A model generated the notes under the pieces. The model was not told the origin of the DNA. It worked only from the letters and a program-made list of their open reading frames with translations, and searched no databases. Below, piece by piece: positions 23,724 through 26,765 of a stretch of DNA of 26,765 nucleotides (the first letter of the stretch is position 1; each line of letters opens with the position of its first letter). Location: positions 1 to 26,765 of IMG/VR virus record IMGVR_UViG_3300042400_000815; one strand, given 5' to 3'. The position numbers and the translations under genes are program-made. Source of the DNA: a virus. Taxonomy: Duplodnaviria > Caudoviricetes.

Positions 23724-26700
23724 ATGGCTAGCACGAAAGATCTATACGATGAGTTAAAGGGCAATCCTCTTATTAATGTAAAAGATGACTATGAAACTTT
23801 TAATGCAAAGCTAAAAGACGCTAACTTTTTAAATCGTTTAGATGAAGTCATGACCAAATTTGGGAAAGACATTAACGCCTACGACATTCCTAAAAAAAAA
23901 AAGCGTGGCGAGGACGAATCATCTCAGCCTACAGAGCAGCCATCAGCGACTATAGAGCCAACAGAGACGGCTGGTGTTAATGTAGAGCCTTCAACAGGCC
24001 GTGAGCTAGGTGCTGACGAGGCATTTATCAAACAAGGATTTGAGGATCGAGGAGATCACTGGTTTAATAAAAAGACTGGTCAAATTATATACAAGAAGAA
24101 GAAAGAGGTAAATCAAAAACCTGAAATGCCTGTTACTGATTTGCAGGCTCCTCCCGAAGCTCCTGAGATGCCTGAAACTCCTGAGCTTATGGCTCCTGAG
24201 AAGCCTATTGAAAAGCAAGTTTTAGAAACACAGGCAGCTCAAACTCCAAATACAGATGTTAACAACTTAGACAAAACTACTGTAGTAGGTAGTGTTATTT
24301 CTGAGAAAGAGCCAGATGCTAATAAAGCAAATAAGATTGTAACTGACGCTAATGCTGTTGCAGGAACTGCATTCAAAAGGAAGAAGCAAGATACTGCATT
24401 TGAGGTGCCTGTTATAACATATACTCCAAGTTCAGCAAGTGATAAGGCTTTTATATACGAGAATGGCAAGGTTCGTTCAATGGATAAGAGAAGCGAAGAT
24501 TATTCTAATATCATCGCTAAAAATCCTTACACTGTTCAATTAAAAAACTCTGATGCCTTTAAGGATCTTATTCAATTACAAAGAGAGGGTAATAAACAAG
24601 GTTATCAAAACTATTTAGAGACGGCAGGTAATCCAGCTGCAAAAGAAATTGCAGACCGTGCCTTTGGTGGTTTTACGCAGGACCAAATAATGGAGCCTAC
24701 TATCATCAGTGGAGATAATAAAGATCGTGAAATTCCTGTTTCTAATACTATAATTGGCAAATTAAAATCCTCTAATCTGTATAACGCAGCGGAGAGCCTG
24801 TGGAATAATATCATTAATAAAGAAGTTGGCCGCCCTTGGCAAGAAGAAAAGGAATACGATACTGAGGATTTCATCAACAATATTGATCCAAATGCAACTG
24901 AAGAAGAGGCTCAAGCACAAAAAATGTTTGAATCTCAGATGCCAGAAGAAGGTTTTGTTAAAGGTCCAAGACAATTAGCATTTCCATCATACGTTCATAC
25001 AAAAGAGGATAACGAAGTTGTAACAGAGCAAGAACAAAAAAAAGAAGAAAAGAACAAAAGAGCTTCTATAGATTTTCTTACTACAAACCCTGAAACAGGC
25101 GAATTAGAGTTGGGCGATGCCAATGATTTGACAGAACTAGAAAGGTATAATTTATCTAAAGTAGGATCAAAAGCTTTTTTAAATAGATGGGAAGAGGAAA
25201 AGGCTAAGGAACTTAGATCTGAAATGGAAGATACTCAATCTCTTATTACAGGTAAAGAAGGTAAAAGATATAAGAGTGAATTTTTAGCTAACCCTGCAAA
25301 TCAAGCTATTTATAATAAGATTAAGGACAGCAAATTTGCACCAAACGAAGGGGGATCAGAATTAGAAATAGCTCTTGATACTATAAGTAACAAACAGGCT
25401 AATGCAGATTTCAAAGATCTCCATAAGAATGGTTATAAAGATGCGTACAGTACTCAGATAAGAACTCCATACGATATCCAATCAGAATTAGATGGCATCG
25501 ATAAAATTTTAGATTCTCAACCTAAAATGTCTTATGAAGAGAAGATGAAATTGTACAAGCAGAAGGAGAGTTTAAATCAGGCGCTATTAAATGTATACGA
25601 ACAAAATATACAAGACTACGCTGCTTATTTAAGAAATACAAATCATGAGAAGGCAGCAGCTGATATGTTGTCTACCTACGATTACTATAAAAGAAAGACA
25701 GCTGGTTTCCAAACAATTCCTGTAAAGGAATTAAGTGATGCTGAGAAGAGAGCTATTATGAATATTCGTAGTCAGGCTGTCAATACAACCATGCGTTATT
25801 TGCAGGTGAAGTATCAGACTCTCTCAAATACTGTAGACGGAACTGCGTATCAAAAATTATCAAAAAAGCCAATGGAAGTGGTGGGATCTCAATTTGAGAT
25901 TCTTAAGTCTATTGGTGCATTAGATGAGAACGGTAATATAAACCCTTCTGCTAAAATTAAGCAGAGCGATCAAGTTAAACTGAGCGATGCAGTGCTTAAG
26001 ATCAATTTAGCTAAGGATCAAATCGCAAGTGCAGCAGAGGCTACAGGAGCGACTCCAGAGAACCTTAACGAGTTAACAAGACTTGGTGAGAAGCTAGGTA
26101 ATCTACAGAACACTCAGACAACATTCTATCAAAAGAATGCAATGGAGGATCTTAGAGAGGAGGATGAGAACGAAAAGAAAAATCAGAAGATAGCTGAGGA
26201 GAGAATGAGATCAGAGGATTTCTTCACCTCTTTCTTCTACACTGCTTTATACGGAGGTAGCAACCTATTTGTATCGGGACTATCTACACTTGCTAAGATA
26301 GGTAAAGTGCCTGATAATATTGCCGATGCCTTAGGTGATGAGACTTTTATATTTGATGGTTTATCTGCATATGTAGACGAGTTGATTAAAGATATGAACG
26401 GCTACCAACCTCAAGACATGGAAGGTCTTTCAGGGGTTCAGCAGTTTTGGATGAACACAACAGCAGGTATTGGTAGTTTAGGAGCGTATGCTCTTACGGG
26501 TATTGCAGGAGGTCCTATTCTAACATCTTTAACCATGATGTCAGATATGACGGATATGGCTAAGGCAAATGGATTAGATGATGATGAGGCTGCTAAATGG
26601 GGTGTATTTACATCTCTTGTTCTTGGTAAGATTAATCAAATAGTTCCTGACTCTAAGAGTTTCTACGACTCTCTTAAGCCTTCTATTAAAGTTATCCTTA

Positions 26701-26765
26701 AGGATTACGCTAAAGGTAATATTACCTACCAAGAGGCAATAGCTATGTTCAACAGAACAATTATT
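23724..26765 (+). CDS. Large internal virion (ejection/cargo) protein, >1014 aa, truncated by window end
   Basis: Not in ORF track; read manually with no stop from ATG 23724 (MASTKDLYDELKGNP) to the end. Short N-terminal domain, PKKKK, Pro/Glu-rich linker, helical body and Gly-rich hydrophobic segments near 26460-26630. Confidence 0.8.
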   Translation, partial: MASTKDLYDELKGNPLINVKDDYETFNAKLKDANFLNRLDEVMTKFGKDINAYDIPKKKKRGEDESSQPTEQPSATIEPTETAGVNVEPSTGRELGADEAFIKQGFEDRGDHWFNKKTGQIIYKKKKEVNQKPEMPVTDLQAPPEAPEMPETPELMAPEKPIEKQVLETQAAQTPNTDVNNLDKTTVVGSVISEKEPDANKANKIVTDANAVAGTAFKRKKQDTAFEVPVITYTPSSASDKAFIYENGKVRSMDKRSEDYSNIIAKNPYTVQLKNSDAFKDLIQLQREGNKQGYQNYLETAGNPAAKEIADRAFGGFTQDQIMEPTIISGDNKDREIPVSNTIIGKLKSSNLYNAAESLWNNIINKEVGRPWQEEKEYDTEDFINNIDPNATEEEAQAQKMFESQMPEEGFVKGPRQLAFPSYVHTKEDNEVVTEQEQKKEEKNKRASIDFLTTNPETGELELGDANDLTELERYNLSKVGSKAFLNRWEEEKAKELRSEMEDTQSLITGKEGKRYKSEFLANPANQAIYNKIKDSKFAPNEGGSELEIALDTISNKQANADFKDLHKNGYKDAYSTQIRTPYDIQSELDGIDKILDSQPKMSYEEKMKLYKQKESLNQALLNVYEQNIQDYAAYLRNTNHEKAAADMLSTYDYYKRKTAGFQTIPVKELSDAEKRAIMNIRSQAVNTTMRYLQVKYQTLSNTVDGTAYQKLSKKPMEVVGSQFEILKSIGALDENGNINPSAKIKQSDQVKLSDAVLKINLAKDQIASAAEATGATPENLNELTRLGEKLGNLQNTQTTFYQKNAMEDLREEDENEKKNQKIAEERMRSEDFFTSFFYTALYGGSNLFVSGLSTLAKIGKVPDNIADALGDETFIFDGLSAYVDELIKDMNGYQPQDMEGLSGVQQFWMNTTAGIGSLGAYALTGIAGGPILTSLTMMSDMTDMAKANGLDDDEAAKWGVFTSLVLGKINQIVPDSKSFYDSLKPSIKVILKDYAKGNITYQEAIAMFNRTII

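Noticed and set aside
2439-24974. Short antisense or alternate-frame ORFs nested in long genes (e.g. 2439..2648, 5568..5789, 8194..8553, 9766..10050, 24006..24974)
   Set aside because: Fully overlap well-supported CDS, with no recognisable motifs or expression signals.
1595-26765. Stop-codon reassignment (TAG/TGA) as in some Crassvirales
   Set aside because: All long genes are intact in the standard bacterial code and TGA is used as a stop. No suppressor tRNA is in view. No called gene ends in TAG, but none needs TAG read-through either.

Overview
The window is a segment of an AT-rich tailed phage (or prophage) genome with a crAss-like, podovirus-type virion module. The host is very probably a member of the Bacteroidota, given TAnnTTTG promoter elements, A-rich leaders without Shine-Dalgarno sites and a DUF3127-type SSB. 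The left end (1-1425, minus strand) holds a small DNA-binding-type gene, a T5orf172/GIY-YIG gene and a truncated HTH replication-initiator gene with internal iteron-like repeats. The rest is plus strand: SSB-like gene, hypothetical gene, metallophosphoesterase, GroES-like protein, possible small terminase, TerL, portal, scaffold, major capsid protein, accessory virion proteins, three ring/adaptor proteins, a 1484-aa muzzle/nozzle, two cargo proteins and a >1014-aa cargo ORF running off the end. Two CDS absent from the ORF track were read manually (<1..559 minus, 23724..>26765 plus). The most interesting signals are non-coding. First, an apparent ~72-nt minus-strand small RNA at 3652-3724 has its own promoter element, a 5' hairpin, a GU-rich middle and a terminator; its middle is complementary to an ACACAC-rich motif found in the leaders of four phage genes. 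Second, a two-hairpin kissing-loop RNA leader lies in front of the nuclease/replication-initiator operon. All calls come from reading motifs and gene order; no database search or folding program was run.
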